Positions 46,601-59,470 of a DNA stretch of 64,000 nucleotides are shown piece by piece. The notes below the pieces were generated by a model. The model was not told the DNA's origin, made no database searches, and saw nothing but the letters and a program-made list of their open reading frames with translations. The stretch is from Antedon mediterranea (lineage: Eukaryota; Animalia; Echinodermata), in contig NC_092672.1 in NCBI RefSeq assembly GCF_964355755.1, forward strand, positions 19,729,237 to 19,793,236, given 5' to 3'. Position 1 is the stretch's first letter, and every line of letters begins with the position of its first letter. The translations under genes and the position numbers were made by a program.

Positions 46601-46807
46601 TACATTTTACAATGCTTATAGAAATAATCATTTAAAGTTGATTGTTAGTTATTAGAAAAATATCTTTCAACATTGAAAACAAAGTAATAAACTGTTATCA
46701 ATTAAGGATATTTATTTACAAGATTATTAGTCATTTTTTTGTTTAGATATTAAGGAATAAGATGTACATGTTTTGTAACTTTGTTTATTATTTAATATTT
46801 TCAATAG

Positions 46808-46906
46808 GATGGCACTACAGCGTTGATGTTTGCTGCTTATGTAGGTAATGCAGCCATCTGCCATCAACTTATTGATGGTGGAGCTGATATTAACCTACAA
46901 GATAAG
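46808..46906 (+). CDS. Ankyrin-repeat gene copy B, 99-bp ankyrin exon (DGTTALMFAAYVGNAAICHQLIDGGADINLQDK)
   Basis: ttttcaatag| ... AAG|gtaagt; ankyrin consensus; no further exon of copy B recognised. Confidence 0.9.
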
Positions 46907-47030
46907 GTAAGTAATACACACATTTTTTAAATAAAATTATTGAACCTTCAGTGAAACAAATCAATGAATTGAAACTATTGTTTTAGAATTTATATGCTAC
47001 CACCACTATAACTTTAGGAAAATCATATAT

Positions 47031-47280
47031 TATCTCTTAGTGTACGTGAATTCTGTAATCCGATTGGTCAATATATATGAGATATAATTCCGTATTACGC
47101 CCATTTACTCAGTCAAGTGGATCAGAAGGGTAATATATCCCGTATTACCTGTTTGATGTTTCTACGCGCGCGTTGTTTATGTATTGTATTTTTGTCGTTG
47201 AGCGCATGCGTAGTTGTGATTTCAACCATCGAATATGAACCAGTCTCTTGTCCAATTGCTTATGTGTACACTAAGAGATA
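47031..47280. mobile_element. Small MITE-like insertion with 15-bp inverted ends
   Basis: tatctcttagtgtac ... gtacactaagagata; absent from copy A (about 24440); family not assigned. Confidence 0.55.
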
Positions 47281-49124
47281 AAATCGTTGCACCCTATAAT
47301 AACACAATACTGGTGTGTGTACTGTATATAGGTCAATATAGAAATGATGTAATAACTTATTTTCTTCTCACATAAAACATTTTACAAATTCTCAAAATAT
47401 TCTGTTTAAACTTGCAATCAAATTTTTGGATTAAGAAAATGTATACTTCAAGTTACTTGTTTACAACATTAATATGTGTATTCAATAATATACACATTTA
47501 TTTTCCATAATTCGTTGCTGAATGCTGCTTTAGAAATAAAGTGTGAAATGAATTTTACAGCACAGTTTTTAAATATTTTTGGTATTGATTATTATAATTT
47601 AACTACTATACTGTAAAATAAAAAATGCTGATAGCATACCTAATCATCAAAGTTTGTACAGTGAAATGGTATAGTCAGTATGTTTTTATAAATTGATAAC
47701 ATTCAATAGAATGCTCATAACACAAACTTTATTCTTTTGAATATTTAACTGTATTTTAGTATTAGGCAGGTTAGATAACAGGAATAACATTTGTTAATAT
47801 AAGTTTTAAAAAAAAATGTACATTTTAAAAAAAGGTTGTGAATATTAATCACGTCTATCATCAACCTTCACCTTGATTCCTTTGCTCTTTATATTTTAAG
47901 GATATTTCTAGATTAAAATGATATATCTATGCTGAAATGAAAGGTTGTGAAGATTAGTTTTGGTAGAAGGGCTCTTTCATAAGCCCATAACACCATAATA
48001 ATATTATGACAAAATATATATTACATATACGCACACATATATTATACAAAATTTCATATTTTTGGTGGTATATTGTTCTGTATAATTTTGAAGATTCTAA
48101 GTTGTTTAAATTTAACCAATGGCAGCATATCATAATTAAAATTGAGTTGCTCCTACAGCCTTGTGTTAAATGTTAGTTGGAACCATTGTTATAATTTGAA
48201 ATCTTTCGGTTTATGAACCAAATCCAAGCCTATTAAATTCTATTGGCTTGCTACTCATATATCTTCGTAATTTTTTGAATAAATTTAGCCATTAGGCCTT
48301 TCAACAATCTACAACATTCTAATTTTTATGGGCTAATTAAAATGCAGTATTATTATTATTTGAATTTTCGAAATCTACAGTATTCTAGCTAATCTTGGTT
48401 TATTTAAAACTGATTGTAAATTGCTAAAAGATCACATAACCAAAAAAAACTTGTAATTTTTATTTTTTGGTGTTAAACAGTTTATGAGAAAAAATTGCCT
48501 TACTTGAAGCGTAGCAGTATTGTGGTTATAATCAAGAAATTGCAAATTTCAAGGCAATTAAATTAGTTTACACTGATAAAGATGCACACAAGTGTTGCCA
48601 ACAATTCTTGTGTAAGCTACATTTTAATTTCTACATAATGCATTGCTCTATAGTTCTAAATTTACGACTGAACCTCGCTCTTCAATATTAGTTTGAATTA
48701 TACTAAATTATTTGGTCTATAAATGAAAGGAAAACAATTTCTTATATAGTAGTTTTCATTAATTCATTTATTTTTAATCCCATGAATTATTAAACAAATA
48801 ATTACATACTGTACATCTATTGTGTATTTTTGTTTATGTGCATAGTAGGCTAGATAATAAGCAGCACTTAGCACAATCAATTGATTGTCTACAAGATTGC
48901 AATTGTACAACTCTGTCAATAACCAATGCTAATTACATATAATTCAAGCAGGGAGTTGTTTCAATTTGTTATCAAACAATAGATAACAAATTTAATACAT
49001 AGCAAAGCAGAATTGTTTCTATGAATTAAAATGTACCACATGTATAGTAATGAACACAATGATGATGAAAACAATTATGAAGTATTATATCAAGAAGATG
49101 TATACTGTCACACTTTGTAATAAA

Positions 49125-51768
49125 TCAAATCAAATCAAATCAAATCTTTATTCGTTCCATATATACTAAATTGTACATGGAAAAATTGTTTTCCTCGATA
49201 GAAAAATATGGTAAAACATTCATAATTACATCATACATAGAACAAATTTACAATTTAAAAACATTAATTAAAACATCCATCAACAGTAAAATTTTAAAAT
49301 ATATATTGCATGTGCGCTATTATGATCTAACAATTTTTGAGTTAAAAATATGAGTTGAATTTGGTACAAAAGACAGTCGGTTTCTTGACGTATCAGCTCT
49401 AGGAGCCCGTAACCGGCCTGACTTGTTCTTAAAAAATCTCATATGTAATGGATGTTTCATATCTTCTAAAATTTTACTTAATTTACTTAGGACCTGTTTT
49501 TCATAAAGATATTTTAAATCATTACCGTACAACCAATTATATTTGATGCTATCTTAGTAATTCTAATGAGACCTTTCTTGTGTGTTTCATTTAAATTACC
49601 GAACCAAGCAATAAAAGAGATAACTAGTACTGATTGAATAACTGTTTCTTAGAATAATTTTAGAGTACCACAGCTAACATTAAATTTATTGAGTGTTGAC
49701 AAAGTGCGAGGCAGCGAGGCACGCGAGGCAAGCGAGGCATGCCAAATATTTGTGCGAGGCATCATTTTATCATTTCCAAAAGTGCGAGGCATATAGTTTA
49801 CAATTTCAAAAAGGTGCGAGGCATATCTTAACGTGCTATTATGCTATATTATAGGCCTAATAATCAATCGATACAAGCGTATCTAAATAGATTCGTGTAT
49901 ACACTCATCCTGTTGTTTATTTTTATGTAACGATTGTTTTTTCATTCAAGTCATATCGTGTCAAATTTTACTTTTACAAAAGTGCCCAAACTACGGTTCA
50001 AAAATCTGAACGACAGTCTTCAACTTTCGATAAACAATAATTGTTATAGCGACACACTCATCAAATGACTGCAATGTTTGTTGGCATTTCGAGCGTGTGT
50101 GAAAATAATATTTTGTCACACCCCTGCGCCTAGATCCGGTAGACCCGAGAGATGGAAAATCCCTCTGTACTATTTAGCAGGTAGCGGAATGATTCAGCCC
50201 TCAGCTCAGAGGATTGTGGTGCATTCCCCTCCTATAGCACGTGGTTTCAGCAGCAACGCACAGACTTCTCTCTGAGCGGCGTGCCAAAGACATTTTTGAC
50301 ATTCCATTCTCTAGCAACAACACGTGTACCTATCTCGCAAATAAGGTGAACAGCGATTGCCAGGACAAGTTCAGTGACTGGCGGTGAATAAAAGGTAACT
50401 GATATGGCGATCCAATAACATGCCGCAAAGAAAAAAATTGCGACAGAATTCTGGAGCGCGTGTGAAAAAAGACTTACGTCCGACAATTGCCGACTAGGCC
50501 TAAAATTAAACTTTAGCTAATATGCTTAGCCCTAACCTAGATAAGAGGCCTATGTAGAAAATAATTTAATAAATTTTGATATAATAATAATTGGTGTAAT
50601 ATTTAATAATGATACACTATTCCTGTTTTAGTAAGCTAGGTATATTACGAACGATTTTTATTTATTGTTGTCCATGTACGTACTAATAAACCTGGCGCTA
50701 GTTTCCTTCGCTTGTATTTTTACTCCAAATTTGATAACTAACTTTATCGTGTGAATACCACACCTTAGAAGTATTCCTCATGAGTACTTTAATGAAAGAA
50801 TCACATAAAAAGTAACAAATAAATCCTTAAATTAATGATTTACAGGCGTGTTTCTCGCACACTGTTCGCGAATTTCACTTATTCAATGTTCAATATTTTT
50901 GTTTCTATGGAGCGCCAAAAGAGCAACGATAATAGAGGACTAAAACTCAGTGGAATGCGTCAATTTCTCATGCATTTATTGGTGAAAAACACGTTTTATT
51001 TCAATATATTTGTTAATTTGTCAATAAAAATGCTGTAATATGTTATTGCTGATAATGTTCTGTTTTCAAAGAATAATAATCGATCCTAAATCAACATCAC
51101 TACCTAGTCTAGACCTAGGACATCCTACTAAGGATATTATGATGAATTGTTCTATTTTATTCTTTAAAAGGTTACCGAAACCGTGTACATTATCAACAGT
51201 ACACCGGTGAACAGTAACATTTTTCCTTACTGATAGTGACAAAATCTATTGAAATTGTACTTGATTTTCACCAAATAATGCGTTAAATATAAATGGATTC
51301 CACAGAGTTTTTAGCCCTCTAATTAATTTTGCTCTTTTGGCGTTCCATAGAAATCAAAATATTGAACATTGAGTGTGCAAAATGCGAGAAAAACGTCTGT
51401 AAAATCACCAATTTAATGGATTTATTGTTACTTTTATGTGATTTTTCTTCATTAAAGTAGGCCTACTAATTCTAAGCTGTGGTATTCAGGATAAAGTTGG
51501 TTAAAATACAAGGCAGGTGCAAAAGGAAACTAGCCTAGCGGGCCTAGGCCTAGGCTACTTCAATTTCGGTGATTTCCTGCCTTGCAATTTTGAGAAATGA
51601 TAAAATGATGCCTCGCATTTTTTGATGATGGTAAAACGATGCCTCGCATAAATTTCTGACTTGCCTCGCATGCCTTCCCTGCCTCGCGTGCCTCGCTGCC
51701 TCGCACTTTGTTACTACCCAAATTTATTTAGCTTTCTTAGGAAATATAACCTTTGGTGACCTTTCTTA
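49125..51768 (-). mobile_element. 5'-truncated Rex1/Babar-like LINE, split by a MULE-like insertion
   Basis: Joined minus-strand translation KKGHQRLYFLRKLNKFNVS...AWFGNL...HPLH..F...SGRLR...R...SFVP; (TTTGA)n tail; TSD aataaa; empty site at 26461-26480. Confidence 0.8.
49691..51719. mobile_element. MULE-like non-autonomous element (2.0 kb)
   Basis: TIRs with gcgaggca subrepeats; 9-bp TSD aaatttatt (49682-49690, 51720-51728). Confidence 0.88.
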
Positions 51769-52251
51769 AATAAACAATGCACTTTATATAGTTTGTATCA
51801 CTTTGGAATAACCTGTCACTTATAATTTGTGTGACAAATATTTGAAAGTGTGATAATTACAGGATATTACAACATTATTGAAACAGTAAAACATAAGAAC
51901 ATTTTAAAATTAAATAATTATTATGTTAAGTTTGATTTATAAAGTTATTCTTGACATTTTCATCGATATTTAAACTATTGAACAAGCCAACACTACAGTA
52001 CATAAATAGCAAAGCCTATTACAATGCTATCACAATATCTCCAATTAAGTAATGTTGAAAGTTTTTACTTATTATATAGTACTACAGTAGTAGAAGGTAT
52101 TTGATATGTAATGCCTATTTTTAATAATAAGACCTATATGAATATCAATAGTTACAAATTGTAAAAAAATGTTGAGTCTTAATTTAATTTTGTTTGCATG
52201 GTCACTCACTACGCTATAAGATCATAGATGTAATAATTGCATTTAGCTTAA

Positions 52252-53893
52252 AGGGGGATTCTGGGTTTAAAATTGCTTTTAAATATCGTTTATTTATTAA
52301 ATAAAAAATATTATAACAATATAGACATGTCAGAATGAAGAAGTAATAACGAGAAATTAAAAAAATTTAATTTCATATACATTTTAGGGTAAATTCATGG
52401 AAAGTCTGTTTTTCAGCAGCTTAGGGAAGCTCATTAATATTCATGAGATATTCACAAAATCACGTCATCAGTGGATTCCAAACTCGCGACGTCAAGCTTG
52501 TACGTTATGTTCTCTCGCCTCTGTCAAACGATGACCACCCGATCATTGTGAAATACATTTTTTTGTAGATTTGCTAAGCTAGGCCTAAAGTGTAATAATA
52601 ACAGTAGTAGCATATATTTATTTGACATTTAATGAAATACAAAATTTAGTACAGATTACGGAGTCATAAATTATACTATTTTTATACCTCGAATTAATAG
52701 TACAGATCGTATATCGGCTTCACGTACTAGTAGGCTAGGCCTAGCCTAAATCATTTTATTCATGCCGGGGTGAGAGCCATTTCTGACTAGGGATTCCATG
52801 CCACGATGGCTACGTTAAAACATTGCATTGGGGCCATCATTCATGGGCCTAGCTAGCCTATTACTAAACGATTGGCCCATAAATAACAAAACTCAGTGGA
52901 TTCCAAACCCATCCTATCAACCAAACTCCTATTCCTAAACAATCTAGGCCTAAACCTAAAACGTTCTACAAAAATCGGCTGTAAATATTGAGGCAAAACA
53001 AGGTCCGATCGCCGTCCGCACGTCTAATAAGTAGGCCTAGTTAGTTTACTCTCCAAAAAAGCGGATACTGCATGCATCAAGCAAGTAGACCGGTAGTAGG
53101 AAGGAGACCTAGCTAGCCTAGCCTAGCCGATCCGGCCCAGTTAAAAATTGAGCTAGCTAGTGTAGTAGACCCTATGCGAATTGATACTACCAGGCCTTTT
53201 ACTATATAGGCTACACTTGTTAAAATTAGCAATACTGTACTTATGTTTACAAATATTCCAACTCTCTCATTCGAGCTATATTATCTATACCATTCCGGTA
53301 GGTTGAGTCGACCTTCAATCAAATACTGTACATCGTTCATGTTGTGATATAGACGGGGTATACTCGACCCGACCAGTTTGGTATTGTATACTGTATCTGC
53401 TTATCACGTGACGATGCCAGGCATGGGCAGAGAGAGCACGTGTATCGTCGTCTCGCTCTCCTCGCTCAGCAGGTGGTGCAGGATTGTATACGTTACGCTT
53501 CATTGATTTTGAAGGCTTTCCCTAAGTCAGTGCGAAAATCGGCAAACGTAAAGTGCAAACTTTTTTAATTTTTCACTGTTTTGATGGATTTTCATAGAAA
53601 ATTGATTTTATAAATGGGAAGACCGACTAAAATTACATAAGATAAGTATAATTTTACAAAAGTAATTGATATGGTTAATGATAACGAGTCGTCGGAAGAT
53701 TGACCATTTCACGAATTTCGTATTCTGTAACCACAGTGTGATTTTGCCGTAGCTGCACTTGTAATCTGGCCTCATTTCACAGCCTTCGTTCTGCTTCACT
53801 GGGCGCTTATATAAATTGAAACTTTTACCGTTCAAGAGACAAACAAATATATTTTACATTTTTTACTATTCATTTTAAACCCGGAACCCCCCT
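52252..53893. mobile_element. Kolobok-like non-autonomous element
   Basis: TTAA TSD; TIR agggggattctgggtttaaaa / ttttaaacccggaacccccct; empty site at about 26921-26950. Confidence 0.8.
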
Positions 53894-53990
53894 TTAACTG
53901 TGGAATAGCTTTGTGTCACATAATACAACTATTCTATTGATCAGGTTTTTCAGTCACATACTATCTCTGATTAAAATAAATTTATTTGAC

Positions 53991-54456
53991 CATACAGTAG
54001 CTTGATTTGCTTCTTAATGATTCCTCTACAGTAGTGTACTTAATAACAATGTCACTATACAGTAGCTTGATTTGTTTCTTAATGATTCCTCTACAGTACT
54101 GTACTTAATATTAAACAATGTCACCATACAGTGGCTTGATTTGTTTCTTAATGATTCCTCTACAGTACTGTACTTTAATAACAATGTCACTATACAGTAG
54201 CTTAATTTGTTTCTTAATGATTCATCTACAGTACTGTACTTAATAACAATGTCACCATACAGTAGCTTGATTTGTTTCTTAATGATTCCTCTACAGTACT
54301 GTACTTAATAACAATGTCACCATACAGTAGCTTAATTGGTTTCATAATGATTCCTCTACAGTACTGTACTTAATAACAATGTCACTATACAGTAGCTTGA
54401 TTTGTTTCATAATGATTCCTCTACAGTACTGTACTTAATAACAATGTCACCATACA
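53991..54456. repeat. 65-bp minisatellite, 7 copies
   Basis: Unit (c/t)atacagtagcttgatttgtttcttaatgattcctctacagtactgtacttaataacaatgtcac; single homologous unit in copy A at about 27010-27058. Confidence 0.95.
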
Positions 54457-57400
54457 CTAAATTGATTTTTTTCTTAAAATTAAAAAAGGTGGCCCAGGTA
54501 GTTCCTAGCTCAATTCACAGTTGAGTGCACATGTAGGTCATAAGCATAACACAACTGCAACAGATTTGGACTGGTCCATTAATTTAATTTTTTTTTTTTT
54601 TATACTCATCCAACAGCGAGTAACCCGCCAATTACAGGATGGATAAACTATTTAATAATTTCACAAGACAAACATATACACAAGATGCTCTACATAAACA
54701 AAGACTTATTATTAAGTCTTTGGGAGTGGAGTTGTAAATTGTCATGAGAAAAAAACCCTGACATATGACAGGACCCTTAGATTGGTAGCCAAGCATCATA
54801 ACCACCAAGCCACAGCTCCACTCCTACCACCAAGCCACAGCTCCACTCCTACTTTGTACAGAGTATAAGCTAAATTGTACTGTATTTATTTGGATTGAAT
54901 ACTACACTTTTTTAACAATATATTGAAACTATAAAACAATTGTACAAGAAAAATAATAGTAATATCTGAAGTCAAATAATAGAAAAAAGTAATTAATTTA
55001 CAATATCAACCTATTACAAATAATGGACCAGTCCAAGCTATTCTGAATTGACCAATCATGTGTTACTTTGAATTGTTGTGAAGTAGTTAAAGGTTATAAC
55101 AAGTAGATAGGCTTTTGATATGCTGCCAAGAAACTTCAGGGATTAACTCAGAATACCAAGTCTCATACAAATTTGAATTCCTTATAAAATTCTCTAAATT
55201 TTGGTATAAAAATGAATTAAATCGGCTAAATTGTAGTGTATACATAATACATAATCAATCAAGCGTAAACAAGTAATTTTTATGAAATGAACTTATATTT
55301 TTTAAATATAATTTATTTGAAATTGGTAAAACCAATGACAATTACATTCCAATGTTTGAATTTTTCATTTAGCTATTTCCATTGAGGAGATAATTGTATA
55401 TACACTTGTAGGTGTAGTAGGAGTAAAATATGTATTGTAATTAGGTAATAATAGTTAATTGTAACCCAACAATGACTTTAATCTTCAAATCCTTTGGCAG
55501 AAAGATGTATATACTTTTAAATATGCTATAATAAAAAAATTTTCTTTTAAATATCAATTTTTTGGAAAAATAATTAAAATTAATTAATTTATTATTTTTG
55601 TATAAATAAAAAATTATTCTTAACATGATGCATATCATATGAAAATGCATGAAAATGTCTTTTATATAAAACATAAATCAACTCATGTTCAGGTGTTTTA
55701 TAAGCCAAAAGAAAATATTTATTCAGCCACCTTATGATTCCACTACAGTACTGTACTTAATAACAATTTTTGATACAGAGATGCTGTACTGACAGCTGTA
55801 AGTTGCTAACTTTTTGTATTAAAATTGATTAGGGAAAAATAAAATCACAACACATTTTAATCTCTTGTAGTTTATTGTAAAGAACATATTGTTTTTATTT
55901 CATTTTCATAAATAGTAGAATACACTTACATATAAATAAATTTCTGTACCGTAATACTTAAAAACATAGGCCTACAATGTTTCAAGCAGTTAAGGTAAGG
56001 GGAATCATTGGGCAGTATTAAACAGTTAACATTTTAAAAAAAAATTAAATTTATTGTATTTCGGATCTCAAACAACAAGTGTTGTTCAGTGACTTTATAG
56101 AGATCATCACTGCTATGATATGTTTTTCTTGGTTCTGTGAGATTTTGTTTAGTACATGCTGTTGTATCTCTACACATTTCCGAATTCCTTTATTGCTTTA
56201 TTAATCCTTCTAGCTTCATTTTCATTTTGTTTGTCATTTCTGTCATGGTCTGTTTAATGAATATGAAAAAATATACCATTTAGTGACATGATTTATATAT
56301 TTATACTTTTATTGTACATGAATGTTATTAAAGTGAAATTAGGTTGGTTATATTTTTTTAACATATGTACAAAATTGAACTATGGTGAAATGCATGCAGT
56401 ACATGAATGTTATTATAAAAAAATGTTACACCTTTGTACCAGTAACTTCCATAATGAATGAAGGAATGTTGAATACTTTGATTTGGGTGAGGGTGGGGCT
56501 ACTGATATTTTTTACCTACCGGTAATAGCTTACTTAATATTATTTTATTTTTATTTTTTAATTTTAATTCATATATCAACTGACAGATATGAAAACAATT
56601 CCACTAAAAAGTTGATAAACATGAAACAGTAACATCTTTATCTCATTGTAACATTAAACAACGGAAGCAGGTTAATAATACTGCAGTGTAATTCTTTAAT
56701 ATAATAAACAGTATGAATATTATTATTATAAAGTGTTGTACATTAAACAAGCATTGCGGATTGTTTGTATCAGAAATATGCACAAAATTAAATTATGACA
56801 AAGTGCCGGTGTAACTTGGTAACAACAGTTTCTACTAGGCCGACATTACAATTCCTTAATCTAATAAAACAGTGCATGAATCTTATAATGAATTGATGCA
56901 CATTACACAGGAGGTGGAGGATGGGTAGGGTTAATTTAAATAAGCACAATGGTGGTACTTACCTGACTGAATGTTGAATACTGATTGTTGAATGTGTCTC
57001 TCCTGGCGGAGGGAAACAACAATTTACAAAAGAATGCCACAACATGTGGAGTAGCGTGATTGTTGTTCACCTAGTTGTGTGTGTATGTTATTATAAAATT
57101 TATTTTATCAAAATATTAAAACCACTTTAAAAATGAAATAAAAAATGTTTACATGGAACTACATGTAATACACAAAACAGTGATATTTATTAGGCCGTCA
57201 TCCTTTCACCCACTAACAAGTTTTACAATAACAAACCTTTTTTCTCATACTTTCTCTCTCTCTCTCTCTGTAAATGTGACTTATCTCCAACTTTCCATAC
57301 GGAAAGTCTTACGATTACAAAATTGATGACCGGATGGGCACGGACTGATAATTTTAAAAATGAAAATTTGTTTTAAGATTAAAATTTACATTTCCATCTG

Positions 57401-58589
57401 ATAATTAAGATACTGTCAGGTTAAAACATTGAAGTATAGATAAGTAAACAAAGATTTTGGTTAAGTTTAATTTAGTAGTCAAACCATTATTTATCCAACA
57501 AGAGTTGGCGGACAAACAAACGTAACTCAAATCCTAGATTTCCAACTTTCAAAACATAACAAATATTCTAGTGGTTAAACTGTTGTTATGTTTGGTAATG
57601 TATTACATTATTGAATGCTATATTAGTGGTTAATTGTTGTTATAAATGTGTCATTTTAACAGAACAAATACTAAGAGATACATTATAGCATTTATGTTAT
57701 AAGACTTCAGTTAATAGTCCTATTTTGATATTTATGTCTTTTTTGCTTTCATTAATTCTAAAAGCAAGTAATATAATTTAAAATACAAATTGCAGAGTTG
57801 TAAAATAAATGTTTCAAACATGCAGTTGCGAATAAAAAAAAAGGCAAATTACTAAAAATAATGACAATGCTGTGGGTGGCTGGATCTCAATGGAAAAAAA
57901 ATTAGCAAAAAGCTAAATCAAAACGATAAAGTAAAAGTTAAAACAGCCAGACATTTTAATATAGATATCTTCTCTATTGTTTGTGTGTAAATGGACATTT
58001 ATTTATGTTTTGTTAATATTTTTTAATCACATATTTTCCATCCTCGTTTTTGGTGTAGGACATTAAAACTGCATCCATTGTCATGTTTTCTGAGCTTTCA
58101 AAGCCTGTTCTTTAATATCAGTTCAAACTGGAGAACAACAACCTGGTTGAATATTCTAGCACTCTAATATTGTTCAATGTTTTTAATGTCTTGATTTGTG
58201 GTGAAAGGAATGTTTGATAATTGGTCTTAACAGTGGCAGATCCAGAGGGAGAAAGTAAAGTACTTTCAATTCATTAATTAAAACACATTGTTTCAGCGCC
58301 GTGCTAATTTAGTCTTTATTAGAGGTTGCCATTGCTGTTGCTGTCGTCACACAAAATTATTGTTATGGGTGTTTTGCTAAGTGGTATGACACATGTTCTT
58401 TTCCTGTCTAGCTAGATAATTCTGAAGAATATTATCAGCCTAGACAAAGAGCGCACAGGAGAAATATTTGAATACTCATTTAACCAAGCGATTCCTATAC
58501 TGTAATTTGAAAACAGTCCTGATAGTCTCTCCAAAACATTGGAGAATTTGTGTGTTTGAAAACTACTGAAAAGATGTTCAATTGCATTT

Positions 58590-58745
58590 TTTGATGACTA
58601 TAAACCCTGCAACCAGTGCATCAGCAGAGCGAGAAAATTTAGCTCTAGAGACTGTAAAAAATTATCTTTGAGGTACCATAATGGAAGATCGACTAAATGC
58701 ATTGTTATTGATGTTTGTTCATCAGGACATTAAACTTAATTACGA
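58590..58745 (+). pseudogene. Degenerate hAT transposase C-terminal dimerisation domain
   Basis: Frameshifted PATSASAER..FS...VKNYL...EDRLNALLLMFVHQDIKLNYD. Confidence 0.65.
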
Positions 58746-59151
58746 TGTCATTTAAGTATGTGAATATGTATCCCCGCTGGATGAAGTATGTAGGCTTATT
58801 TTTATTTATTAAATTTACAGCATTGTTATTACATGTTATTGTTAAGATAATAAATTAATAAGCAGTATAGAGATTCAGCCACTGATTACCACAGCATTGT
58901 CATTTTTTATTGAAGTCGCGTCATTTTTTAAAAGTAGTTAATAGGCAGCTTTCGAAACACACAACGCGGTGATTATCGAGATGCGAAAGACTGTGAAATC
59001 CTACTGCGTATGCGAGAGCAAAGCCAGTTTGTTCGGCCTGCTCATCACGAGACGAGATTTGGCTGATTTGGAAGACACGACTTGTACTACTGATTGTATT
59101 TTATTTAGAAAGATATTTAAGAACTGTTGTGTGATGACAATGTGTTATTAA

Positions 59152-59470
59152 ATTTCCTACCAAGGAACACATATTTGGAACAATTTAACAGACTATATAA
59201 AACAATCCCCCACTTTAAGTTTGTTTAAACAGAGATTAAAGCAATATTATAACAATAGAAATATTTAAGTTAAGTAAATCACATTATGTTATTTTGGTCT
59301 GTTCTTTTTGTTTGTTCTAATTGTTTGATCTTTTTGTTAGGGTTACATGCTTAAAGCACTTGTGCTTATTTTGTATCCCATTCCATTATCTTATTATTTG
59401 TATTGTATTTGTATATGTATTTATTTTGATTATGGAATAAAAATGTCGATGAATTGAATTGAATTGAAAT
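59152..59470 (+). mobile_element. LINE 3' end (CR1/L2/Crack-like)
   Basis: ISYQGTHIWNNLTDYIKQSPTLSLFKQRLK, then AT-rich UTR, aataaa and (GAATT)n tail. Confidence 0.7.

Larger units (their letters stand above)
42758..54000 (+). repeat. Tandem segmental duplicate (copy B) of about 16530-27060
   Basis: Colinear intron and exon homology by eye, interrupted by copy-specific insertions. Confidence 0.9.

Noticed and set aside
54770-54851. tRNA-like head on the minus strand
   Set aside because: Only an A-box-like stretch, no B box or cloverleaf; at most a decayed SINE.
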